Assembly: GCA_030141605.1 (NCBI GenBank)
Contig: JAQGDQ010000078.1
Span: 62,001-126,000 of the forward strand
Length of the DNA: 64,000 bases
Origin: Tubiluchus corallicola
Taxonomy: Eukaryota; Animalia; Priapulida
Direction of reading: 5' to 3'
Under the pieces are notes generated by a model. It was not told the origin of the DNA. It was given only the letters and a program-made list of their open reading frames with translations, and ran no database searches. Both the position numbers and the translations under genes were made by a program. Below, piece after piece: positions 26,601 through 40,480 of the stretch. Every line of letters starts with the position of its first letter. The first letter of the stretch is position 1.

Positions 26601-29600
26601 CAAAATAATAAATCGAATATCCGTAACAAGGATGCAATTTAAATTTGCTTAGTAAAAATGGTTTTGACTCAGTAGTTGATTTGAAACATGTCTGGATCTG
26701 AAAGCCAATAAAAAAGCATACTAAATGTACAATAATGGCAAAACATTCTTTATATAAACAGATTAAAACAGTAATATTAAAATAAAATCTCCCAATGAAG
26801 AAATAGGTAATATACAAAATTCTGTACACACTGTTACTATCATCAGGTGAAAGAGAAAAGAAAAAGAACTACACAAAATATTACTAATTAGAATTAATTA
26901 AAAATTTTATGAATTTTCGTTAAGTGCAAGTGTACAATATTTACATAAATTTTAAAAATATAAACAATAATAAATTCATTTGCGCTGGTAATAAAATCAC
27001 TTAATTCAAAATTTAACAACAAAACTTCTGGAAAAAATTCTACAAGAAAGCTTATAAAATTTAGATAACTATTAGTGTACCTCACAAATGAGCCTCACCT
27101 GCGGGCAGTCAGTTGCAGAATGGTGCCGCAAACGACTGCTAATTGGAGCATCGTTACTTCTCGTAGAAACATTAGCTCCCTCCCGTTTACACTTTTTCGG
27201 ACGACCAACTTTTCTACGAGGAGAACTGTCCTGTTTCTGCTTACTTTCTGATCTAGTCGTAGGAGATTTCGGCTCTGTAGTATTGGATGAAAGACGATTG
27301 CTAGATCTCAGTCTAGTGATGGTGGCAGCACTTTCTTCACCGCTTTCTAATTTGACATCACCAGTCAAGCTGAAATGTACAAATCAAAACCAGATGAGTC
27401 TAATCTCTCATTTCAGCATTTCAAGAAATGCGTGGATGTGCAAAATTTCAAAACTACAGTCAAATTTCTTTATACCCGCCCCATTTTGGGATGGCAAAAC
27501 ATTGGCATTGTAGGGAGTCTGATATTATAACAAGGTGTGTTAAATTTTGCCATAGACGAATCACAAAACAGTCAGACGAGTGCATATAGATTAGAGTCCT
27601 CAGTTTTTATCCTAAAGGCTAATGAATTACAAAAAATGTTAAATTAATTACTTTTGAATTAATGACTCATTCAAAACCAGTCATCTTTATCAAGAACATT
27701 TTGCTTACATAATAAACGTGTCTTGTACTCATCTATATAATAGACTGTTGGCCTACTGTTCCACGAAACATGTATATATAAAAAAAGGTTATGTCATAAC
27801 TACAAATTTCTTGCTGGAATTTGCTTGGATGATTCTCAGAAACCAAGCAAATGTCACATTTCTTGTGGCAAAAAGAGAACCACGTGTTTTCTTGTCAGTT
27901 GCTATTATGATTGTGTGACACATTGATAATAACATTAGAGCTATCAATCCTTTACAATTGTTATTATATGATATACAGCACAGCTTGCAAACAAACAAAA
28001 CAACATAGCCTAAATTTTTTTACTCGACGTGATATCTGGTCAGTGTCAGCGACTCAATGGAACATATAGCAGCCTTGTGCAGGTGGCATTATATCAAGAA
28101 GTAGTTGAGAGTGCTGGTGGTATCTCTCCATTGAACATGTTTATTAATTTTTGGTTCCTGGCCATTTTGCAGGTGGCAAACAAGTTTGGTGGTATGACGG
28201 GGGGGGGGGGAGGGGAGCGGGTGTATAATGAGGCATAACGCAAAGCGCGATCATTTAATGTACTTTTTCACAATAACAATTTCGACTCAAGAAACAACGA
28301 ATTCTAGCTTCTACAACAAAAGAAACTTTATTTCAATATCAGATCAGCAATTTAAACATCTATGTGGCAAAAGGAGCATCAAAATAATGTTCAAAAATGC
28401 AACAATCCTAAGGAGTACCTACTTTTTTCAAAATTATGTGCACATCAAATGTGTTCTGACGATAAAAAATAAAGAACTAATTAAATTAACTAGTTCTCAA
28501 ATCACTTAACGAAGTGAATGTAATAAACAATTTACCTGAAAGGTCGTTGTTTAGATAAGTTAAAACCTTTCTTCTTTTCAGCTTCATACTGAGATCTTTC
28601 TTGAGGATATAACAGAATAAGATGAAGCATGAAGTCAAAATATATGCGAATACCATCCATAACCTCCTTACATAGGTTTAAACTAAAAAAAAGAGGTTAA
28701 TGTCATGACAATGTTTGGCACCTGGCAAGAACTTTAAGTATAATAAACAATATTGTCGCGAAGTTCGTCTCATAATTACTTCGTGTTTGACAGCCTTAAC
28801 ATAAACTTGAATTTAACTTGACCTGTGGTGTGTAAGAACTTTAACACACCCGGTATTGACTCTCTTTAATTAAATATTACAACGTTTGTGTCCTGTACTC
28901 ATCTCTCCTTCATTATAAATAATTTTTTCATCTCATTTTCTTCTTTTTAGGCTTATTATAAAATTGAAATAGCTTAAACTTCCCTCTAATCTTACTGTAC
29001 TTATTTGCTTCTGAGTGACCTTTTTTTACATTAATAGTGTTCTAGTTTTCTGTATTTAAGCTGTGTAACACAGGTCTACCTTGAACATTTAGACGTGTAG
29101 GTGAGCCAGGCTAATTGTTCCGCTGTGTTTTAGTACAGTTGCATAACATAATTGTTCGTGACCTGTTAACATTAATGTTATTGGATTCTGTAATTGTACA
29201 AACATAATGTGTCTTTTTTTTAGGTGAAAGTTTTATGGTTCGTGCCTATGGTATTCTTTTGGTATAGATTTCTTCGCATTTTTGTCAGTCAATCATATAA
29301 TTATGTGTTCGACATTTTTGAAGTCATGATAAATATTGTCTAATCTTTTTCAGTGATTGTTTCTGCCAGTGCAAAAGTACTAGTTTGAAATTTGTTTATG
29401 TGAAATACTCTTTTTTCTAGCAACGGTGATATTTTGTTATTTTCTCACAATATTTTACCTTTTGTTGTGATTTGAAGAATTGTTTATGTTAATATATGGC
29501 CAATGTAATTGTTAACTTTATTTTCTTTGTTTTCATTTTCATGCAGTTAACAGTGCCAACAATGATTCATGACTCAACATAAAAACCTGCAACCTTACTG

Positions 29601-32600
29601 GACCTGGAAGTAAGCAATAATATAGTTCAGTGTTCATTAAAAGCTAACAGGCTTAATAATTGTGGGCAAGTATTATCTTGGTGCTTGCTATCCCCCTGAA
29701 GTTGTTTTGGTGACTTCAGTTTTCCTTGAGCCTTTTGTCTTAGCTGCGCCTAAGACATTATCCTGCAAACTCATCAGGATATCACAAAACAATAACAATA
29801 AGCTAACCCTTGCCCACACAATACACGTTAATTTTTAGCACATAATGAAAGAAACTAGCTATTAAAACTCATTACGCCGTTAAATTTAAAAATATAAGAC
29901 ACTGACAATTTAAATAATAGTACCGATAAGCCCGATTAAGGCAAATAAAAGTGCATACAAATATTTAACAATAAAAGCTTGTTTCAACTCAACCACCATG
30001 GTGCCTATAATGTATGACGTGCTAATTTAACTAAAGAAAAACCCTAAAAATTGCAATAAATTCTGCAAATTATATAATCAAATCTTACAGTTAAAGAAAT
30101 TTAGGTTTCTTTTAAAAATGCAATTGTACTAAAAATAAAAATACTTTTGAATACATTTTTCTGTATGCTACAAACATAATAGCTACCTACTTTTTCTCAA
30201 CTGCTGGAACAGTTGGCATCTGAGGGACTGTTTTTCGATCAGGAGAACAGACAAGATTCATACCAAAATTCCTCACGTAACCTTCTAGTAGTTCCACTAT
30301 ATTTGGACTGCATGGAAGACTAATCAGCTAAACAAAAAGCAAATAGTTTAGGTGAACAAGCCTATACTATAACACCATATTCATTTCACAAAATACCACA
30401 TGTACAATAATACCATAATACAGTCACAAAATTTTGTGAAGTAAAATCTTCAAATACGAAAGCTATCCATGAAAAAACAAAAGCTCCAAATAATACAAAG
30501 ACAAAAGTATTATTAAACACAAGGGCATAGCTAGAGCTTGTGGAGCTTGGGGCAACACTTAAGTTTGCCATCGCTCCCTGATGAAAAATACGGCATAGCA
30601 ACATCCTTGTGATTTTACATTTTGTAAAATTTAGCAGTGTTGCCTTGCAGATGTGGTAAGTCCATTGGTGGAGATACACAAAATAATAGAGCACTGCTGA
30701 AAAAATTGTGTGTTGTGAAGAAGTTCTCCCTGTACACTTCAAAAGCTATGATAGGCACAACTGCTTCAAATGTTTACATGAATGTGATTATAAATTTTGT
30801 TCGCAGCAAACTCATAACAAGTACTGCAAACAATTTTTGAAAACAAAAAAAGAAAATCTGTGTAAATATTATAAAGATATTAAATCACTAATTAACATCT
30901 CCTTTGCAATAAATAGCAAACTTAAACAGTAAGTGCTACAATCAGTGTTTTTGTGGAAAATTAGATTATGCCAGGTGTTTTACCTTCTGCTAGGAAAATA
31001 AAAAAACATGTCAAACGTTTAAATGTTTCATAAATTAATGTTAGGAAAATCACACCAAGGACAAGGTGATGTTGTCGGAATTACACAAAGAAAAAATGCA
31101 GTCTACAGTTGCTAGGAAACTCCAAGCGTGGAGGGCGTCGCAGCGCCATTTGTAATTAAGTTGCAAAACTAACATCACAGGCATCAAACAGTTGATCCAC
31201 AAACATGAATGATTTCTAAGACAATGAAAATGTAAACCATTACATTTAATAGAACAATGTAATAGAACAATACGTCACTACCCTTATAACAATTATCGCC
31301 TCAAGCAAATTAAACAACAACACTTGCCCAGTGTACCCACACTATATAAGTTTTGTAACACATTTCTTATTGATCTGACAGTGCCGCATAGAACAGACTG
31401 CCGTTCTTTAGCTATGCCACTGATTAACAACATAACACCAACCTCATTCTTTGTATTTATTTTGCAATAATCCTTTTCCAGCACATCTTTTAATATTTGT
31501 GGCAAATAAATAGGAAAAGGTTCAACAGTATCAGTAATTTCTTCCAGATCCTAAACGAAAAAGTAATCAGAAATAATTTTACCGATTTGGTACGCATTCA
31601 ATCAGACAGTAATATAACTGATGCATTTTTTGGACAAATAATTTATAAGGAAACCCTAAATAGAGTGAAATTTAAACGTAGTTAAAGTATGTAACTTATT
31701 TAAAAAACTTGAGTCGAATGATTCAGCTGAAATTGCCCTTTCTTACTACATTTTGCTTTAAACTTCATAACATTAATGTACGAGCACATTATCATATTAC
31801 AGCACCTGAGGTTCAAAATCTAAGTCAGATTCATCATCGGAAGAAGTTTCCTCAGACCAAGCACTCCTTGAATCACCATCTTCACTTTTACTTTTTTTCT
31901 TCAATGTTTCCTCAACCTTTTCGGTCACTGTTTTCTTCTTTTTCTTGGTTCGCTTTCTAAAAATAATAAAATTAATTACAGCCATAATTTGAAGTAAAAC
32001 AAAAAACTGACTGGCTATTACAGTTTAGTATAACTAATACTTAAAGAAACACAAAAAGAGTATGTGATTAACTTAAAGAAACACTTACAGAAGCTCAGAA
32101 GTTTCAAATGCAAGTTGTTTTTGTAAAGCTTTGTTTTCCTCCGTATATCGTAGAATGTATTCTTCGGGCACACATCGATCCCAACTAAAAATCAAAGATA
32201 TCATTCCTACAAATCTACCTGATGCTCAAAGTTACCAGTAGCTCATAATGACTAAATAAACTGCCAACATTTACGCATTGTGGTTTTACAAGAGGAAAAT
32301 CTACATAACAAAACTCTTTTGTAACATCTGTGGGATGAGGTGAACCAGCGTAAGTCATGTTGTGCTTGGCTACAAAGCTGATTAATGCCGAGTCAGGTTC
32401 GTAAATGGACAAGTAATCGACAAAGAAAGTAGTTCTGAATGGTTCATATGCCATACTATCCTCTAGTTATTTGCTTGTTGAGGGGTATGTACTCTCTATG
32501 CACCAGCATGTGGTTTGGAAATGTACAGATGTAACTGCAGTGCTTCAATTTAGAAAATCATTCTTAATAAAGAACTATGTATAGTTCTTCAATTCTTTAT

Positions 32601-35549
32601 AACACGGACAATATCTGTTTCATTAACAAAACAATATTCATTGCTAGTCTACAGTAGAAGCATTGGATTTTTCAAATAAAAATTTAATAAACATTCACTA
32701 TGCAGCAGATATTTTATATACAGTGTTTTGATAACAAAGTACTTGTATGTGCTGACACTATTCAGCATTAAGTAAATTGCTGCTAATAGATCATATTAAA
32801 AAAAGGGCACAATTAAAAACTGAAACATACAGCACTTCAACTCAATTTTAAAACATGCACACACAGATACTCTATTACTCACAATGCACAAAACAGAAAA
32901 AATCAGGAAATTACTGTATTTTTTCACTGTTTTCCAAAAATAGCAAATTAGACTTACACCATGTTCAAGCATAGTACACTACAGTTTTGCATCTGTGGGA
33001 TTATGAAATATACCAGTGCTTAAACTGCAGCAGAAACTGAATCTCAAGAGAACGTCAACATCATCAATAACAATAAACTCTCACTAATTATATAATATAT
33101 AAGTTCTAATTATATATTTATCTAATTATATAACTTTATTTATCATTACAACCAAAAGGTTGAAATACAACACAATGTAAAATTATGATATAAAAATTGA
33201 AAACAATGAGGTGAAACGCACAGCGACAGACATACATGAATTAAATCAAATGAGTTTAAACTTATGATTGAAAATTACATAAACCACATGTGATAACTGT
33301 GCTTCAATCTCTCTGCTCTGCAATTAGGTAAGGGGTATTTCAGATGGTGGCGGGTACCATATCTATGAGTAATCGTATCTGGCATTTGTATATTTTTTGT
33401 AAGTTACACTATTTGTATTTTGGTTTCATTATAAGATCATGCACAGATTAATGAAAAATTGCATTATATACACATACTAGGCTTTGCTTTGTATAACTCA
33501 ATTTTTATACTTATTGTTGAGCTTTAACTTTATGATTGAGCTAGCTGTACAATATACCTGCTATTCCAACCTTGAAAATGTACCAGATATTCTGGAACTC
33601 TACGTCCTCTAAAGTCTTTCAAATAATTAACTTCTAGGATCTGAAAAAACAAAGAAAAATAGTCAATGCAAAATGATGCCGGAAGGTGAACAATTTGTTA
33701 AGAATCAAGAAGGTAGTTGTGAAAAGCTAGCACTGATTAAATTATCAAGGTAAAAAATAAAACTAAAAGCTTAAATACGTTTAAAAACCATTACAGCTCA
33801 ACAAACAAATGCATTCACACACGTAAATTAAATTTGCACATAATGCTAAAATCTAGATAGCAAACAGTGCATAAATTTGCTAAAAACTGTATGTATATCA
33901 TGCATAGGTTTTGACACAACTTTAAATACTTTTTTCCAAACGAAAAGAATTGTCCTATATGATCAGTTAGATAGTGGTGTGTAAGGAATCTCATCCTCTA
34001 AAATAATGTCAGCAAATGATGTAAGGCATACCAAAATTCAGTTTACTTTTTGTACTAAATGCTGTCTATTCTGGATTAAGCACATTATCAAGTGTCTGGA
34101 GAAAAGTTTCTGGTGTGAACCATACAGCATGATGAGGTATTTGGTAAAAACTGGATGATGATTCGATAAAAATTTAGTACCATCACAAATTAAATAAATC
34201 TATACACACAAAATGAGCAAAAAAACTGTCTTTTCACCTTTACAATCTGATCTGGCCTTTTTGTTTATAAATCACAAGTAAACTAGGTTGCTGCTAAAAT
34301 AAGTGCAAAATTTATTTACAACAAATTATCCATAGGCATGTTCATAATAAATACAATAAGTTCTCACTTAATGAACTAATGCATTCTAGCAAAACACGAC
34401 GTTAGGCGAGAACGTCATTAAACAAAACAAAGACTTCCACAGATAGTAATGTAAAAGAATTGAGATACGTTCCAAAGGCAAAAATCAATGCTGCTTTAAA
34501 CATATAAATTAAACGTTTTATGGGTTAACTCATATTTCTACTGATTAATTTCTTTCTCCTTGCTTGAAACCATCGATCTTCCTTAACAATATTTAGCGGT
34601 TAAATTTAGCAGTTCAGCACTGCTTAGTGAAAGCCAAAACATGGGGAGACCTTGAGACAATTTTATCTAGATACTCAGTCTGGTTGCTACAGGAACAGGT
34701 TGCGGGCAAAATTCCTTCATGTAAAGTTTGATTTCAGGTGCCTGGAAGCGTATAAATTGCAAATAGATTGCATTATGCTCGATACAAACGGCTAACATCT
34801 AGTAGTCAGTTGTGAAGCAAAAACATATAATAATTGCACTGTTTTACATTACTAGTGCATTTTTAGAATAGAATAATGCAGCATGTACTGTTGTAATGTT
34901 TCAAATATGGTAAAAATGTTCTTGATCAAACAAAAAAAAGGCACCAAATGTTCAGCGTCATTAAAATGAAAAGTCGCTGCGAGGGGAGTCATTAAGCAAG
35001 GACTTACTGTATAATATTTAATCATGACAATCTATTCAATAAAAATATATGAAGATAAACTTAGTAATATTTACTAAAATAATAGTAACATAAGTTACAT
35101 TACATGGGAAGTAGACCACAATGTACAGTGGTGTACAGTGCTACAATACCACAAATCCTCAATTCGTGCCAAGGTTGAAAATAGTACATTTTCACACTTA
35201 AGAGCCCATTCAGCCAAAGTGTCAATGAAAACTTGAGACAAGTAAATAAGTCAGAGTTTTTGTTATGTTAATATTTCAATGACGGGTCAATTTTCAAATT
35301 AGAATTTCAAGCTCAACCAAAACAGAATACATGCAAACTAAAAAAAGCTACATTTAACAGCATATCTAGTACTGGTAAAGCTTAGGGCAAAATTTTGCTG
35401 TTTCAAACATAAAAATGTGTAAAATGCCATTGTTTATTTACCTTTGATTCGTAGAGCACTTTTGCCTTGGTTGGATCTGGTTCAAAGCAAAAAACTCTTT
35501 CCCCATCCACAAATTTGGATTTCTGACCTCTTGTCGAAGTAATCGGCAT
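23646..35549 (-). CDS. MSL3: Male-specific lethal 3 homolog (MRG family; chromo-barrel + MRG domain), 12 coding exons, 541 aa
   Basis: Manually spliced with GT-AG boundaries and consistent phases: 35442-35549, 33558-33640, 32089-32184, 31806-31956, 31443-31550, 30191-30327, 28536-28682, 27099-27369, 26154-26316, 25350-25553, 24396-24480, 23646-23718 (1626 nt incl. stop). Translation begins MPITSTRGQKSKFVDGERVFCFEPDPTKAKVLYESKILEV...PEYLVHFQGWNSSWDR (MSL3-type chromo barrel). MRG motifs: LPQILKDVLEKD, LPCSPNIVELLEGY, LCKEVMDGIRIYFDF..LILLYPQERSQY, LSWKLVP, PSLVYGAHHLLRLFVKFPEILG, YLADKHQELFSELAY. Confidence 0.96.
24774..25239. mobile_element. hAT (Charlie-like) MITE in MSL3 intron 10
   Basis: TIRs CAGGGGTCCCCAAA ... 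TTTGGAGACCCCTG; 8-bp flanks ATTTAACT / ATTTCATT (6/8, decayed TSD). Confidence 0.75.
26403..26583 (+). repeat. ~60-bp minisatellite, 3 copies, MSL3 intron 8
   Basis: tttt.acaaatgt..tgttagacatagtt.ct....caaa.gaca.aaatgaaaattt x3. Confidence 0.92.
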
Positions 35550-36399
35550 TGCTTCAAGCTTCACCCAACCTCAAATTGGCCGTCAATTTGAAAGTTTACA
35601 AAGCTAGCCGTAGGTATAATCAGTCACATCGACTATTGCCTTGGCTAGGAAACAATGGGATTCATTATCTTATTTAAGATATTAATAAGTCATTTGACTT
35701 ATTAGGGCCGACTTTATTTGCATGAAAATTTCAACTATAGCTTTGAAGAAAAACCATCTATGTAAACTGAGAGCTGTGATGCTCGTTACAGAACGTCTAT
35801 ACTTATTTAGCCTGCTAGCACTAATACTAAATGTATAATAGATTGCTGAAGTACAAATATCAGTAATCCCAACTGCATAGCTAGAGTATCTTAAAATGCT
35901 AGGAATCAACCTGAAAATCTAACCAGATCTCCGTGAACATTTTGCCGCGACCGAGCTCAGCACGAACGCCGTTTCAGCAATAAGCATGTTCTTAATCATT
36001 TTTTAGAACGGATTTTATAGTCTAGTTAAAATAAGTTTATTTTAGCTTTTCGGTGGAGCAAGTTCGAAATACGGTAAAATATTAAACAGAGCTGTTATGA
36101 TGTTTTTTCTTTCTTGTCAAAATTATGATCGGTAGTATTTGAGTGCTAAATTCCTAAATCTTTTTGCAAACGTAGTAGCACTAAACTATGATAATAATCT
36201 TTTACGTTGATTAGCTTCTGCAATCTGGTATCTGTCCAAGAGATGGAATTTGATTGTCAAACATAATATTGTTTCTTGCACCGAACTTTCACCAAGTGAA
36301 GTCCTAACAGTACTGTTTTCTGGCTGGATATGCTTCTAGATTTCTCCTGTGATTGAGATGGGGGGGGATCTAGCCCCTAGGTCTTAACCTAGCTGGTGG

Positions 36400-36700
36400 T
36401 GAGGCCTAAGGAAATGCTTCCATCAAGAGCACTTTGAGAGCATGATAAAGAATGGGCGCCAGTTACTTGAAGAGAGAGACATTATCCATTAAGCAAAGGT
36501 CTGTCATAATTATGGCAGTGTGGGTAGGTGTCAAAATAGGGGCATTGGGCAGGCAGTCCAAAGGGTGGCGTTGAACTGAAGAAGCCTTCTCTGCAAATTG
36601 GTATTAATGTACAGTGCCTCGAATATGGAGAAGAACTTCTATAGTTTTCCTTTGAAAAGGATCCCAAAAAAGCATATTGTCCAGAAAGCCCAATGTAGAT
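36400..36700 (-). mobile_element. Highly decayed LINE reverse-transcriptase fragment
   Basis: Frameshifted remnants GDP/..KENYRSSSP (cf. KGDP..ENYRPISL) and LL.WIMS...LDGSIS (cf. LL.WI.SFL..R.Q.V.LDG..S). Confidence 0.35.
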
Positions 36701-36704
36701 TTCA

Positions 36705-36981
36705 ACGGACGTGCTGCGTCACAATTGCACAACTCTGAACTGAAAATTACAGTACCTGTTTTTTGTGCAACGCATTTCCGAGATAACATTGTAGGCGCTG
36801 GTGCTCGTCTAATTAGCGAATAGGGAAATGACTGTAACGGCGAAAAACTACGAGTGCGATATTTCGTTTCTGCGACAAGAATTCTTTCACGTAATCATTG
36901 AAAAAAATAATATGTTCTCTCTCAATATTTTATAGGGCAAATTGTTTTGAGCTATAGCTTAAGATTGGGTCCGGTTATCCT
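36705..36981. mobile_element. Kolobok-like MITE family K1, 3' half
   Basis: tacagtacctgtttttt...cgtctaattagcgaat...aagattgggtccggttatcct|TTAA matches the right end of K1. Confidence 0.75.
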
Positions 36982-39900
36982 TTAATTCTGTAATGAGTGG
37001 AAATGGCTAGAATAGACGGGTGTGTAATGGGTGACAGTTGGAGAGCTAGGACGAGTGCTTATGCTATGGTAAAAGGAGATGACAAGGCCGAGCAGGTGTA
37101 GAATCTAAAAACAAAATGAACTAGCAAGTGTGGGGAACCATGGAGAGAGAGGCCACACTTTTAGAGCTTTTAGAGCAATATGGTGCAAAAAATTTTGTTT
37201 ATCAATTGAAGTAAGTAAACTTTAAGTAAGTAAGAAATTTTTTGTACGTGTACGGAGATAAGACCAACATGGAATAATTCTCGTTTTCAAGTATTTGCAT
37301 TTAATGCAACTAGGATCTTTATAGGAGACTCTGTTTTAATAACTGCCTTACTAATTTTGTTGCCATAATGGATACAATGGCTAGGTTCTTACCATTAGTA
37401 ACGACATTGATTACGCTTCTACAACGTTGTTTTGTGAATGCATAAATCTTGTGATAGACAGAATTGGTTGTTTATTGGTTGTGAGATGGTTGTATTTTGA
37501 TCAGTTCGTTTTGGGTTGTTAAGCAACCAAAATCCAATTTTTACAGACGTTGGATTTTCGTCATATTCAAATTTTTGCAAAATAGTCAAAGCCTGTTAAA
37601 CTACTGAGGTATATGGAACGTCTGACCATTGTACAGTAGTAGTAGTATTGTACAGTAGTAGTAGTAGAGTTTATTAGCTGTAAATACAACGAATGATACA
37701 AAAACTGGAGTAGCAGAAAATAATAAAATTTATTGACCATTATTCTTTCCGTCAGGAGGGTTGTGTATTGGTAAGATTCTGACCATTGTAACAGTCTGTT
37801 TTTGACGTCTCAATGTGGACGTTGTGTATTGGTTAGCTTATGACCGTTGTGTAAAAGACAGATTCTAACCATTGTATAACGGTCAAATTTTGATGTCTGT
37901 GTTATAATATACACATGACTGAAGTGTACCCCATCCCTGCTAATGTAGACGCACTTTTTGTCTAGCACATTGATTTATGGAGCAGAAAATTAATAACCTG
38001 TTCATTTTGGCAATACTAATAATTTTACTGTGGAATATTTTAATTACCAAATGCCACTTTGAGTCTTTCTTATTACTATTTGAAAAGCAATCATTTTAAC
38101 AATTACTTTCACACAATTTCATGATTTCAAAATTACGAGTATGACAAATAGTGAAATAAAGGATAGTAATTTTAAATTAATGAAACAACGAAGTAAACAA
38201 TTCGTACGTAACTTTGCCGAATATATTCTTACTATGCATTTCGTAAATCTCGATAGACTCGTATACTCATTATAGTATACTCCATTATAGGAATTGGCAG
38301 AAGTGTAACGATGCAATATTGAACGCGTCCATGATTACAATTTTTTAATGAACATTTGCCTGAACAAAAAACAACGATCTAGCTTCTCCAACCATATCTC
38401 CCGAGCTTGTGGCCGCATTAGGAGTCTTAGGCTTTGATAATATTTGGTAAGAAATCTGTGTTTCACTACGGTTGTGTTAAAATATGTGCAAATTTGCAAT
38501 AAATAGTAAAATAGTCTTATTTTGCAGAATATTTTTATTGACAAACAAAAGATAGCCATTCTAGTTAATATAAAAAATTTGCAGGAAGTTTACTTCAAGC
38601 TACGTAAATGTCGCTAAAATAATCCACAAGTAAAAAATATTCAAGGGGGTGGCTCCGTCCGTATAAAGGGCCCCCATAATTTCATTAGCATAGGGGTCGC
38701 AAAAGGCCATAATCCGACTCTATCCGAGCTGTAGCCTGTAGGGGTAATTGCTTATTTCTCATCTGGAAACTGTCAGCTAGTCGACTTATACCGGCCATAA
38801 TTTAATACTGGCACTTCCAAACAGGATAGCTAACCTCTCAGTACAATAAGGAAGACTAGTATTATTTTGACTAAAGCCAGGTACAAAATATGTAAAATAC
38901 AAGTGAAGTTGTCTGATTTAATGCAACGCCTTACAAGACCATTAAAACTACCCGCTCACTCTCGTTTCTACTGGTGTTTGTGAACTGGTATGTGATTTGG
39001 GAAGCCTTTTCGTCTAGTGCATCTGCTGGTACGTCATCTGCTACGTCATCTGGTCAAGTAGGCGTGGCATTTTCCCATTAAACGCCGATAAAGGCGTTAT
39101 TAAGCGCAATGAGGAATGTAGGGCAGCAATTGTCAATTTTCGTTTTTTGTAATGTCTGTTCCAGACATCCCCAATGAAAAGTGTGGATAGCTAAGCTAAA
39201 TGCTTTAACTCCCTAACGAACTTAGACACTAATGTTAACGCAAAGATCTTAATTTAGCTTCCGATATACATACGCGAGTCATGCACTTCCTCGACCAGTT
39301 TTAGGAAAGGACCTTGTACTTATCCTGTTTTGTGAAAAGCTTGGGCGTGGTGAATCGACGCTTATCACTTGCCGCAGATTGACACAAGCGGCGGTACTCT
39401 ATTGATTTTGCTACCTGCTCAGGTGTGCAGTGAGTTACGCTTGGGATGCTGTGCGCCATCTTTATCTTCTACATGCTGTAGTGTAGAGTAAAATGGAAAG
39501 TGAATTTGTTGGATGTGCTGGTGTAAAAAACAATGAGAATGTGATGAATATGTTGACCTAGATGCTTCACGGTCAAATTAATCTTCTGTGTACAGCAACA
39601 AAATTCAGGTATGGTGTACGTAGTTTTATAAATGAGAGTTGAAAAGTTGGAATTAAGAAAATAAATGTTCTATGTCTTTTTGATGCCGATAAATAAAGTT
39701 CAAGTCAATCTTAACTTTAGCAAATACGCTACACCAGAACGTTGAAACGCTTTAATAGAGCAAAAAGAACACACAAAAAACAAATCGCGTTGTAACAAAT
39801 TTCCGTAGGGATCTTCTTCATTCTTCAACAGCTGCAGTGTTGTTAATACAATATTTGCTAGGAAATTTAAACGCACGAAAATTTTTCGAAATCAATATTT

Positions 39901-40387
39901 TATCGCTTTTATATACCACATTAGTTTCGTTTCGTGAGATCTATGGTCTCAGATATTGTATTATAATATTAATATTATAATGTGAAACGAATGTTGAGGA
40001 AATAAAATCGATTTTAATTGAATAACACAAGTTCTTGCTAATCTTAATGTCAACATGTGAAGATCATTATTAAATATGCTACAAAGACGCAACTAATTAA
40101 ATTTTGATATCAAACTTGAAAGGCAGAAAATGTGAAAAAGTTTGAATGCAGCCTGGATTTGATCCAATGACTTTCTGCATATGATTGCAGAACCAGGCCA
40201 CTGTATTGCCTAAAGATCAACTCAAGGCAGTCCAAATTTATCCATTATAGTTGGCCAAACGTCTAAAATACTGAACTTAATCTACCTAAAAGAAGTAAAA
40301 TGATATGTTATGAGCCTATAAATGACATTCATCATTTTATTCATGTTAAAGATAGGCAGTCTCGGGAAAGCTCTCTCACATTTCGTA

Positions 40388-40480
40388 TCATCTTACCTTA
40401 CGTTACCTCACCTCACCTTACCTTACCTTATCTTACATTCCTTATCTTACTTTGTCTTGCCTTTATTTACCTTACCTCAG
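40388..40480 (+). repeat. Degenerate (CCTTA)n pentanucleotide array
   Basis: cttaccttac...cctcacctcaccttaccttaccttatcttac. Confidence 0.9.

Noticed and set aside
27088-27513. 141-aa + strand ORF
   Set aside because: Antisense shadow of MSL3 exon 8.
40140-40210. tRNA-like A/B boxes on minus strand (also TAGCTCAGTGG near 56025)
   Set aside because: No cloverleaf can be folded; probably decayed SINE heads.
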